Shown: piece after piece, positions 47,027-54,947 of the stretch | Numbering within the stretch: position 1 is the stretch's first letter | Layout of the letters: each line of letters starts with the position of its first letter | Source: an uncultured Candidatus Saccharibacteria bacterium | Lineage (GTDB): Bacteria > Patescibacteriota > Minisyncoccia > Phycocordibacterales > UBA918 | Reading direction: 5' to 3' | DNA: 64,000 bases | NCBI GenBank assembly: GCA_964593375.1 | Contig: CAZQIF010000001.1 | Coordinates: 98,185-162,184, forward strand | The notes under the pieces: model-generated | What the model was told of the DNA's origin: nothing | The model's input: the letters and a program-made list of their open reading frames with translations, nothing else | The model's database searches: none | Position numbers and translations under genes: made by a program

Positions 47027-47263
47027 TTAATCCAACTTAATACACTGCACGGGGCAGGCCTCAGCAGCGTCTTTGTTTGCTTCGTAGTCGGCTTCATCAA
47101 TTTGAGCCACCACCATTTTATTCCCTTTCATTTTTCCATTCTGGAGGTCGGACTTCCCATCTTCTTCATTCATCTTCCAATTTTTTGGTGCAAGCATCGA
47201 GCAAGAACCACACCCGATACAGGAGTTACGTTGATGACAAATGATAATTTTTTTGATTCCCAT
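47027..47263 (-). CDS. 4Fe-4S ferredoxin
   Basis: The cluster motifs CIGCGSC and ACPVQC are present. The protein is 78 aa long. Confidence 0.8.
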   Translation of the reverse strand: MGIKKIIICHQRNSCIGCGSCSMLAPKNWKMNEEDGKSDLQNGKMKGNKMVVAQIDEADYEANKDAAEACPVQCIKLD

Positions 47264-47314
47264 ACAATGTATTAATTACCCGCAAACTCTCTAGGGGACC
47301 CCTAGAGAGTTTGA

Positions 47315-48577
47315 CTAATTATCCGTTTCTGTTCTGTCTTTCCAGAGATACACGCGGTCATTTTCGCGGACACGACTTGTGACGGGAATGGTTATGATAT
47401 CCCCTTTCTTTGCCTCAGTCACCGGAATCCTATCCACATTGCGAAGTTCAGTAACCGTTGCTGAGTACACTCCCGTGGTCCGTCCAATAATTTTAATCTC
47501 GTCGCCAACTGCAATATCACCCGCATCGAGAAGAATTTCTGCAACACCTGCTTTCACAAAATATGATTGCACCACACCGAGTGCAAATTTTTCTTTGGCC
47601 GCCTTAGAACCTTTCACGTCGCTGTATGCATCTATTTCTTGTCCAAGATAGTAGTTACCGTGCGAAAGTGTGCGGTTGTATACGGTTTTGAGTGATTCAT
47701 AGTACCCCTCAATTTTTTCTTTTGTGTACGTGCCATTTTGCACGTCGAGGAGTGCATGTTTGTATGCTCGGGTCACAACCTCAACATACTCTGGCGCACG
47801 TCCACGTCCTTCGATTTTAAATACCTGTACACCTGCATCGAGAAGCTCGGGTATCTTATCAATCATGCAAATATCAGCGGCACTGAGCACATACTGATTG
47901 TCGACAACAAGCTCTTGCCCCGTTTCTAAATCGGTTACCTTGTATGCGCGTCTACAATTCTGCCTGCATGCCCCACGGTTTGCGGAAGAATTGTCGGTAT
48001 AGAGACTCATGAGACAGCGCCCTGATTGTGCGATGCAGAGTGCACCGTGCACAAAAGCTTCAATCTCCATGAGTCGTCCTTCATTTCCCATGAGATTTTC
48101 TTCACGAATTTTGAGTCCAATATCCTTGATTTGGTTCAGGGTAAGTTCACGAGCGAGCACAACGCGGTTCGTGAGATTTGCAAAGAATTTGACCGACTCA
48201 TAGTTTGAGACAGAAAACTGTACCGAAATATGCACCGGCATTTTTATTTCATTGCAGTACTGCACCGTTGCAAAATCAAAGGCAATGATAGCGTCGACAT
48301 TATTCTCTTTTGCAGCGTCAACGATTTTTCGCATGAGCTTTGTGTCATGGTCGTAGAGGAGTGTGTTCACCACAAGGTACGCTTTCACCTTATGTTCGTG
48401 GCAAATATCAGCGACTTCTTTAATGTCCGCAAGTGTCATGTTGTCTGCGGCACGAGCACGCATATTGAGCTGTGTGACACCAAAGTAAATACTTCCGCAT
48501 CCTGCCTGAATAGCGGCCATGAGACTATCAAAACTCCCTGCAGGGGACATTATTTCAGCTTCTTCTGGTTTCACCAT
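47315..48577 (-). CDS. Peptidase U32 family protein (RlhA/TrhP-like RNA hydroxylation family)
   Basis: EAFVHGALCIAQSGRCLMS and a U32 body of about 420 aa. Confidence 0.85.
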   Translation of the reverse strand: MVKPEEAEIMSPAGSFDSLMAAIQAGCGSIYFGVTQLNMRARAADNMTLADIKEVADICHEHKVKAYLVVNTLLYDHDTKLMRKIVDAAKENNVDAIIAFDFATVQYCNEIKMPVHISVQFSVSNYESVKFFANLTNRVVLARELTLNQIKDIGLKIREENLMGNEGRLMEIEAFVHGALCIAQSGRCLMSLYTDNSSANRGACRQNCRRAYKVTDLETGQELVVDNQYVLSAADICMIDKIPELLDAGVQVFKIEGRGRAPEYVEVVTRAYKHALLDVQNGTYTKEKIEGYYESLKTVYNRTLSHGNYYLGQEIDAYSDVKGSKAAKEKFALGVVQSYFVKAGVAEILLDAGDIAVGDEIKIIGRTTGVYSATVTELRNVDRIPVTEAKKGDIITIPVTSRVRENDRVYLWKDRTETDN

Positions 48578-48628
48578 AGCAAAAAAGTGTACTTGGAATT
48601 AGGAGAAGTGGCAAGGAAAAATATTCCC

Positions 48629-49243
48629 TTACCCATAAAACTCAATCATGCGGTTTACCTTATCTTCAATACTCATCAGAGGGCCGAGACATTCACTGTA
48701 CTCGAGGGTTGCAGAGGCATTCTTCCAAAAATGAAACTTGTGTTTTGCATTGAGACCCGTAAGTCGCACGAGCACAATCGGGACATTCTCTGAAAAAAGA
48801 ACTTTGGCTCCCCGTTCAAAGTCGGCAACCATATCGGAATCACGCACGATCTTCCCTTCTGGAAAAAGGAGAATCGTATATCCCTGCCGAAGAAAGTCTC
48901 GTGTGAGGAGAAGACGTTGCATGCGCTCCATGACGGTATTTCCAATATTGTATCCACCAAAGAGCCGGATGAAAAATCCGAGTATGGGGCGTTCCATGTA
49001 GTCGGGTGTCACCGGATAACGGACAGGAACCACATTCGTCCAGTTTCGTATCCCGATGTGGTACGTAATGAGAAATGGGTCAATCTTGCTCTGGTGGTTC
49101 GCCACAATGAACGTACCATGTGTTATGCGTAGACCATCTGGACGTTTAACGGTAATCCGGAGAAGTCGCGTCAGCACAAAATTGACCGGTATGGTCATGT
49201 ACTGAATTGCAACAAACCAGCCCTTCATGAGAATCTTTTGCAT
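48629..49243 (-). CDS. plsC: 1-acyl-sn-glycerol-3-phosphate acyltransferase (PlsC/LPLAT family)
   Basis: NHQSKID matches HxxxxD, and FPEG is present. The ORF is open to 49276. Confidence 0.8.
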   Translation of the reverse strand: MQKILMKGWFVAIQYMTIPVNFVLTRLLRITVKRPDGLRITHGTFIVANHQSKIDPFLITYHIGIRNWTNVVPVRYPVTPDYMERPILGFFIRLFGGYNIGNTVMERMQRLLLTRDFLRQGYTILLFPEGKIVRDSDMVADFERGAKVLFSENVPIVLVRLTGLNAKHKFHFWKNASATLEYSECLGPLMSIEDKVNRMIEFYG

Positions 49244-49304
49244 GGTTAATTGATAGCCAGTATAACACGCCATCAAAGCCCTTACTGATACTGTGTTTTA
49301 GTGT

Positions 49305-49787
49305 CTAGAGCAGTTGCCCAATAATCACCACATAGTTTTTGCCATACTTCTTCGCACATTTTGGACAAGTGGTATACCACATGAACATTTTTTTGACCGC
49401 CATTCCCTTCTCAGTGGTGAAGCGTTCAAAATCTTCCATCCATTTTCCGGTGTCTTTGAAATTGCCTTCATACACCTTACTAAAGAAGTTGCCACTCATG
49501 ACGACGTTTTCAGCATCTTCAACTTTGGTATCAACAGATATGTACAAATCCATATTCCACTTAGAAGTATGGTCTGAAAGCCACATAGCGTCCGCACCCA
49601 CAGTGCCCGTTTTTTCAATTTTTTCCTGACAACGCTTCATAACCCCGCCAAAGTTAACGGGCATATAGAAAAGCGTAAAGACTTTGTCTTTGATAAATTT
49701 CTTGTTGTTCCACGTAAATGTTTTATTGTCCCATGGTGCTGGATCAAATTTTAAGCAACATACTTCTTCTTTTTGTAGTGTTTCCAT
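49305..49787 (-). CDS. Hypothetical protein (160 aa)
   Basis: The ORF has a conserved-looking C-terminal CPKCAKKYG. I recognise no family. Confidence 0.4.
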   Translation of the reverse strand: METLQKEEVCCLKFDPAPWDNKTFTWNNKKFIKDKVFTLFYMPVNFGGVMKRCQEKIEKTGTVGADAMWLSDHTSKWNMDLYISVDTKVEDAENVVMSGNFFSKVYEGNFKDTGKWMEDFERFTTEKGMAVKKMFMWYTTCPKCAKKYGKNYVVIIGQLL

Positions 49788-49810
49788 TGTTGTATGGTTA
49801 TCTTATACCA

Positions 49811-50149
49811 TTACTTCTTTTTAACTTTTTTCTTTGGAAGCGGAACATGTAAAGCGGTAATACTGATGAGTTCACAAAGCCATTCGCGGTCTTCAATACT
49901 ATCTTCATCGATGCACATAGACACTTTCGCTCCATCGTACGCATAACCTTCTTTGTATCGTTCCCCGACAAACTCTCTCCCATCCTCAGTAATTCTTACG
50001 AATAGTGTATCGTCACAGACAAGTGCAACAACTCTCCCCTCGCAATACAGAGCATACTCACCAAACATTTTCCGTGCAGTAACACCCTCAATTTCTTGAA
50101 GTTGATCGAGTATGTAATCTACTGTTGCTTGACTGGTTGCCATATACAA
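49811..50149 (-). CDS. TfoX/Sxy N-terminal domain protein (competence-regulator-like)
   Basis: MFGEYALYCEGRVVALVCDDTLFV matches the TfoX_N pattern. Confidence 0.7.
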   Translation of the reverse strand: MYMATSQATVDYILDQLQEIEGVTARKMFGEYALYCEGRVVALVCDDTLFVRITEDGREFVGERYKEGYAYDGAKVSMCIDEDSIEDREWLCELISITALHVPLPKKKVKKK

Positions 50150-50161
50150 CCATTATACGCC

Positions 50162-52570
50162 TTACTTCCCTGTTCCTTTATTGAGTTCTGCGCGCGTGAG
50201 TGGACCAACAAAACCGACAGCGGGGGTAATGTTGTGCAGTTTCTGGTACGCAATGACCGCCTCGCGCGTAATGGGGCCAAAATACCCTGTGTCGGTTGGA
50301 TACGTAAAGAGACCCAAAGTGCGCAAGTGCTTTTGCAGCTGGGTTACGTCGTTTCCTGACATACCGATATGAAGGTTCATCGTGAAGTTAAACGTACTCG
50401 CACCTAACACTTGACTAGGTGGTGGTACAACAGGTGCAGGTTGTACTATTTTTCGCTTGTGAGACTTTGAACCGGTTTGCGAATGAGACACTTCTTTCTC
50501 CTTCACCATTACTGTGCGGATGACCGGTATTGCTTCATTTCCTGCCGAGTCCTCGACTGTATAGGTAACGGTGTACGAACCGACCGTTGCGGTGTTTACG
50601 GTGTTTACAACATTTATTTTTGCAGTAATGCTTCCATCGACATCATCTTGCGCGGTTGCTCCAGCATCGCTGTACGAGTCGCCTACTGTCACCGAAACAG
50701 GATTATTTCCCAGAAGTGTTATTACTGGATTTGTCGTATCTTTCACAAAAACCGGAACACCTCTGAGATATGGGTATCCTCCATTTACACTTGCCTTCAC
50801 TGCCCAAATATCTTCAAAATTCCATCCGACAAAACTAGCCTGTTGTTTCATTTGTGCGGTTGTGAGACCGTTTGCGTCTGAGCACGACTCCGGCACATTC
50901 CAATCAGTACTTCCGCACATCTTTAGGTAACCTGATACTTCAGTATCCCAATATGAACCTGACTGGCTCCCTCTTTGATACTGCCAACCAATGAGTCCTC
51001 CGGAGCTCCCTGGTCCTATGAGTTGAACCGCTGCGTATGAATTTACGACATCACCATAGCTTATCCATTGTTCATTGATTCCCACAATACCACCGATATT
51101 TCCTCCGCTTGATGCCGTCATCTTCCCGAGGGCATAGCAGTTTTCGATGTGTCCTGAGTAGTTTTGACCTGCTATGAGTCCAGCCGGCCCGAGTTCACCA
51201 CTCATGGTAAGGTCTGCATAACTGCGAGAAATAATTCCTGAATTTTGTGAAGCAATGCCTCCACACTTTCCGTTACAGGTCATTACTCCTTGAATTGAGG
51301 TTTTTTCAATTGTTCCGTTGTGAAAGTTCACGATACCGCCACAGTACGTCGATGAGCAAAAAATGTTTGCATTTGTGAAGTTTACTCCAGTGATTTTTGC
51401 ACCAGAAGAAATGGTGTCGAAGATTCCTCTGTTGTTACTTTCTCTCGAAACCATTCGCAAGTTCTTAATGAGGTGGCCTTGGCCATCGAGTTGTCCACCA
51501 AATTCACCGATGGCAGTGAAGTTTGAGATTCCCGAGCAGTCAATGTCATTCTCAAGGCGATAAAACCATCCGGGATGTGCGCTGATATTTTGGAATTCTC
51601 CGCACGTGGTAATTGGTGAAGGATTACTTGCGGATGAACCAAGGCCGACATTATTTACCACGACAGTAACTGGATTCGTCGTACCAATATTATCAGCATT
51701 GTCTGTCATGACCGCAAAGAGCTTGTATGTGCCATCTAGAACTACCGTGGAATCCCAACTAAATGTGAATGAGGGCATGTAATCGTAACTATTCCAGTCT
51801 CTTTCATCGAGGGGCTTGCATGCAATCTCGGTTTCGGGGCTCGCAACTCCATATTTTAAGCATACGTCCTTAACAAGTGATTGATTATCTTCAGCATTAA
51901 CAAACACGTTAACGGTACCCTTAACTTGTCCGAGCGTTGATGGGTCATCGACACGACCAGTGGGAGCTGTCGTGTCAGAACAAATCTCAACTGGTCCTGG
52001 GCCGCCATATCCATCACAGTCATTATCAATACTATCGCCACATATTTCAGGGCCTGTATAAATGCACATATATTGGTCACAGGCGTTACCGATACCATCT
52101 TTGTCATCATCAAGCTGGTTTGGGTTACTTGTAAGTGGACAATTGTCTGCAACATCTCCCAAACGGTCACCATCAGAATCTTGTTGCTCTGGATTGTAGT
52201 GACTTGGTGCGTTGTCACATGGGTCCCCGACACCATCGTCGTCACCGTCTGCCTGACCTGAATTTGAAAGGTTTGGGCAGTTATCAACTACAGTTCCTAC
52301 GCCGTCTGCATCAGGATCTTCTTGACCTGGATTTGGATCATAGGGTGCGTTATCACATACAGAACCGATGCCATCCCCATCAGGGTCTGCTTGGTCTGCA
52401 TTTGCAACACTTGGACAGTTGTCGAGTGAATTTCCTACCCCATCGAGATCATTATCTTCAATAGGAACATCTGCATAAGCAATTGAAATAAAAAAGCTTG
52501 CACCAAGTAGTACTGTGGCAAGAAGCATCGCATATTCACGAGCGTGAATAGACCTTATGAAAAAATTCAT
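50162..52570 (-). CDS. Large secreted cell-surface protein. It has thrombospondin type-3-like Ca-binding repeats, GLUG-motif repeats, an Ig-like (DUF5011-type) domain and a C-terminal peptidoglycan-binding domain.
   Basis: A signal peptide. Repeated DxDxDGxGDxCDN repeats, GGIVG/GGLIG repeats, and LLGNNPVSVTVGDSYSDAGATAQDDVDGSI. The C-terminus LQKHLRTLGLF..DTGYFGPITREAVIAYQ is PG_binding_1-like. Confidence 0.75.
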   Translation of the reverse strand: MNFFIRSIHAREYAMLLATVLLGASFFISIAYADVPIEDNDLDGVGNSLDNCPSVANADQADPDGDGIGSVCDNAPYDPNPGQEDPDADGVGTVVDNCPNLSNSGQADGDDDGVGDPCDNAPSHYNPEQQDSDGDRLGDVADNCPLTSNPNQLDDDKDGIGNACDQYMCIYTGPEICGDSIDNDCDGYGGPGPVEICSDTTAPTGRVDDPSTLGQVKGTVNVFVNAEDNQSLVKDVCLKYGVASPETEIACKPLDERDWNSYDYMPSFTFSWDSTVVLDGTYKLFAVMTDNADNIGTTNPVTVVVNNVGLGSSASNPSPITTCGEFQNISAHPGWFYRLENDIDCSGISNFTAIGEFGGQLDGQGHLIKNLRMVSRESNNRGIFDTISSGAKITGVNFTNANIFCSSTYCGGIVNFHNGTIEKTSIQGVMTCNGKCGGIASQNSGIISRSYADLTMSGELGPAGLIAGQNYSGHIENCYALGKMTASSGGNIGGIVGINEQWISYGDVVNSYAAVQLIGPGSSGGLIGWQYQRGSQSGSYWDTEVSGYLKMCGSTDWNVPESCSDANGLTTAQMKQQASFVGWNFEDIWAVKASVNGGYPYLRGVPVFVKDTTNPVITLLGNNPVSVTVGDSYSDAGATAQDDVDGSITAKINVVNTVNTATVGSYTVTYTVEDSAGNEAIPVIRTVMVKEKEVSHSQTGSKSHKRKIVQPAPVVPPPSQVLGASTFNFTMNLHIGMSGNDVTQLQKHLRTLGLFTYPTDTGYFGPITREAVIAYQKLHNITPAVGFVGPLTRAELNKGTGK

Positions 52571-52680
52571 AAAATTGAGATTAAAATTATGTAATACGTA
52601 TAGACATCTATCTATATGTCAATAATAGTACTCCCCGCAATACGGGTGTCAATAAATATTTTAGTTTGATGTATTAAAAG

Positions 52681-52713
52681 GGGCCGGATGCGCGATGCGC
52701 ATCCGGCCTTTGT
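52681..52713 (-). terminator. Strong hairpin ggccggatgcgcgatgcgcatccggcc flanked by cctttt / tttgtt; bidirectional
   Basis: A perfect 12-bp stem. Confidence 0.6.
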
Positions 52714-52729
52714 TGGAACGGGGAACGAA

Positions 52730-52978
52730 CTAGTAGTGGTTATTCGAGCAACTGGGATCTGCACACACATAGTGCGGGAGTCCCGCATGCTCATTTTCAC
52801 CATTTCTGGATGGGATGCTTGGGTTCGTGGCATAAAACACATTGACTTTGATCATTTTTATACCACAATGCCTTGGATTGCCGTTTTGGTGTGTTGGAAC
52901 CGATACACGGAAGCAGCCCGGACGAGCCTTTCTCACCAAACTCACGATTTCGGAGTTGGCTTTGCGAACATGTAGCAT
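52730..52978 (-). CDS. Small Cys/His-containing hypothetical ORF (82 aa), speculative
   Basis: It is terminated by the hairpin at 52681-52713, but coding evidence is weak. Confidence 0.2.
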   Translation of the reverse strand: MLHVRKANSEIVSLVRKARPGCFRVSVPTHQNGNPRHCGIKMIKVNVFYATNPSIPSRNGENEHAGLPHYVCADPSCSNNHY

Positions 52979-53052
52979 GTACTTTTCTCCTGTTAATTAC
53001 GGAAAATTCCGGTGCTTTTATACAATTTTTTCATTTAAATGTCAATTGGGAG

Positions 53053-54069
53053 TATAGAAACATTTAGGGTGCTTTTATGAACCTTTGAGTAACTCTGAGA
53101 TAACTTTAAATCGTCTATCTTTTCGAAGTCCATGATGTTGCGCAACTTTCTTTTTGAGGCCGGCAAAATATCCATCAATAGTATTTGTAGTGTTGGGAAT
53201 ATTAAGTTCAGGGTATCGCTGATAGGTGAACAAATGGGGAAGATTTGTTGCGAGTGAACGATACGCACTCCGTACGTTCTTGTGTGTGTAGTACCAATGC
53301 TTGGTACCAAGAACATACGTCTTCTCAGTAATGAAGGAACGGTACTGCTTCTCCCAGAGGGTAAGTGCAGTGGTAAAGACCTCTTCGGTAGTGTGTGGCA
53401 AGGTGAGCATGAGCGTGCGAAGGTCTTGTCCTGCTTGTGTTTCAGGTTTTCTCGTAAGGTACTTCGTCACCGTCTTCATCTGGTGGAAGTGACATACTTG
53501 TACTGGTATGTCTTTAAAGACGGTGGCTAAGCCACGCCGTCCGTCAATAACCGCAGCGGTGAAGATCCACCCACGTGACTCGAGTATTTTTCGTCCGTAG
53601 TGGTAGTGTGCCATGATTTCACTTGATACTTCACCCCACCAAAGATTCTTGTGGAGTGTCCACGATCTAAACACACAGACACCATATAGACGTCCCCAGA
53701 ACGTAGTGTCTGCGACGATGATAGTGGCTTGGGGTATGAGGTCGGTCTGTGTGACCGCATGGGCATCAAGTTGTTTGCGTACCCACACATGACTCTTCCC
53801 GTATGTATGAGCAAGTTCATTGAGTGTTTGCTTGCCGTGAGTGTATGCGTGCCAAAGCTTTTCTGGTATTCCTGTGTCTCTCTTTTTATATTGAAATCGA
53901 TACCCGCACACACCGCACTGATATCGTTGCACACGATTGCGTGTTCCATTCTTTTTAACGGTTATTGCACTGCATTTGGAGCAAATCCGCTGTTTTTTTA
54001 TGCAGTGTCATAAATTATTCAACTTTTATAATTAAATAGAGCCGTACTATAGCAAAAATAGCACCCCAA
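53053..54069 (-). mobile_element. IS1-family-like insertion sequence of about 1.0 kb. Its 24-bp imperfect terminal inverted repeats are agaaacatttagggtgctttt (left) and aaaatagcaccccaaatgtttct (right).
   Basis: The inverted repeats were read directly at both ends of the transposase gene. Confidence 0.65.
53075..53932 (-). CDS. IS1-family transposase (InsAB-like fusion)
   Basis: The QRYQCGVCGYRF zinc-finger half and a DDE-type body are present. The upstream CSKCSAITVKKNGTRNR half of the InsA-type finger is in another frame. An ATG at 54009-54011 would fuse in frame if the A7 run at about 53993-53999 were A6. Confidence 0.65.
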   Translation of the reverse strand: MQRYQCGVCGYRFQYKKRDTGIPEKLWHAYTHGKQTLNELAHTYGKSHVWVRKQLDAHAVTQTDLIPQATIIVADTTFWGRLYGVCVFRSWTLHKNLWWGEVSSEIMAHYHYGRKILESRGWIFTAAVIDGRRGLATVFKDIPVQVCHFHQMKTVTKYLTRKPETQAGQDLRTLMLTLPHTTEEVFTTALTLWEKQYRSFITEKTYVLGTKHWYYTHKNVRSAYRSLATNLPHLFTYQRYPELNIPNTTNTIDGYFAGLKKKVAQHHGLRKDRRFKVISELLKGS

Positions 54070-54242
54070 ATGTTTCTTTAGCTCACAAATTGATTCTACG
54101 CAACAAAAAACCACCGGCTACTCACCCAGAGGTTTTTTGTTCGTAAGACTCGAGTGAATACTTTGGCCACAAAGTATTGCTTGAGCGATTACTATCTTTC
54201 TTCACATTGAACTACACTGTTGCCGTCCATATTTTCTGTTCA

Positions 54243-54833
54243 TTACAAGCAAGGTGCACATTGCGCATTTCTTTTAAGCTCTTCGATTTCTCCTTTGAGT
54301 ATTTCCATATGGGCAACAATTTTTTGTGTTTGTTCAGTCATCTTTACTTCAAATTGATTCGTGTGTCGGGCGAGTGTTTCAGCTACACTGATCATTTCGG
54401 TGATGTCTTCCATGGCAAGCAGAATAATCGGAGGAAAGACTTCTATCGAGGTATCTTTGCGGTGAATCTGACGTGCGTTAAGGATAATCACTTTCCTTCC
54501 AATTGACGGGAAATCGTGCGTGACTTCAAAACCCTTAAAAAATGTATTATGCGGGAGTATATCTTCTAACAGTTTTCGTAGCTGTGGAATATCCCACTGA
54601 CCATTCCCGAGTTCATACACAACCTTTCCTTCCGTGTCATCTGGATCAACTTGAAACGTACGGTAAAACGGTTCATTTGCAGCCATCACACAGAGATTTT
54701 TGTTGAGAATAAGTACAGGCTCACGCACAACATCAACCACTGTTTTAATGTATGTCCAACTTTCACCCCAGAGTGCCCCAAAATACCCTGCTTCGGATTT
54801 TAGATTAGGTGTATCCTCTTTAAGTGTTTTCAT
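54243..54833 (-). CDS. PAS domain protein with a C-terminal coiled coil
   Basis: PVLILNKNLCVMAANEPFYRTF is a PAS fold. There is no kinase domain. Confidence 0.6.
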   Translation of the reverse strand: MKTLKEDTPNLKSEAGYFGALWGESWTYIKTVVDVVREPVLILNKNLCVMAANEPFYRTFQVDPDDTEGKVVYELGNGQWDIPQLRKLLEDILPHNTFFKGFEVTHDFPSIGRKVIILNARQIHRKDTSIEVFPPIILLAMEDITEMISVAETLARHTNQFEVKMTEQTQKIVAHMEILKGEIEELKRNAQCAPCL

Positions 54834-54947
54834 ATATTCATTGCCGTAATAGTGAATATATTATTGCAAATTTTTTGTATATACTTTCATATTCTGTAAC
54901 TAGCAAAGAACCGCACAATGATTCACATCATTCAGTGAGGATTGATT

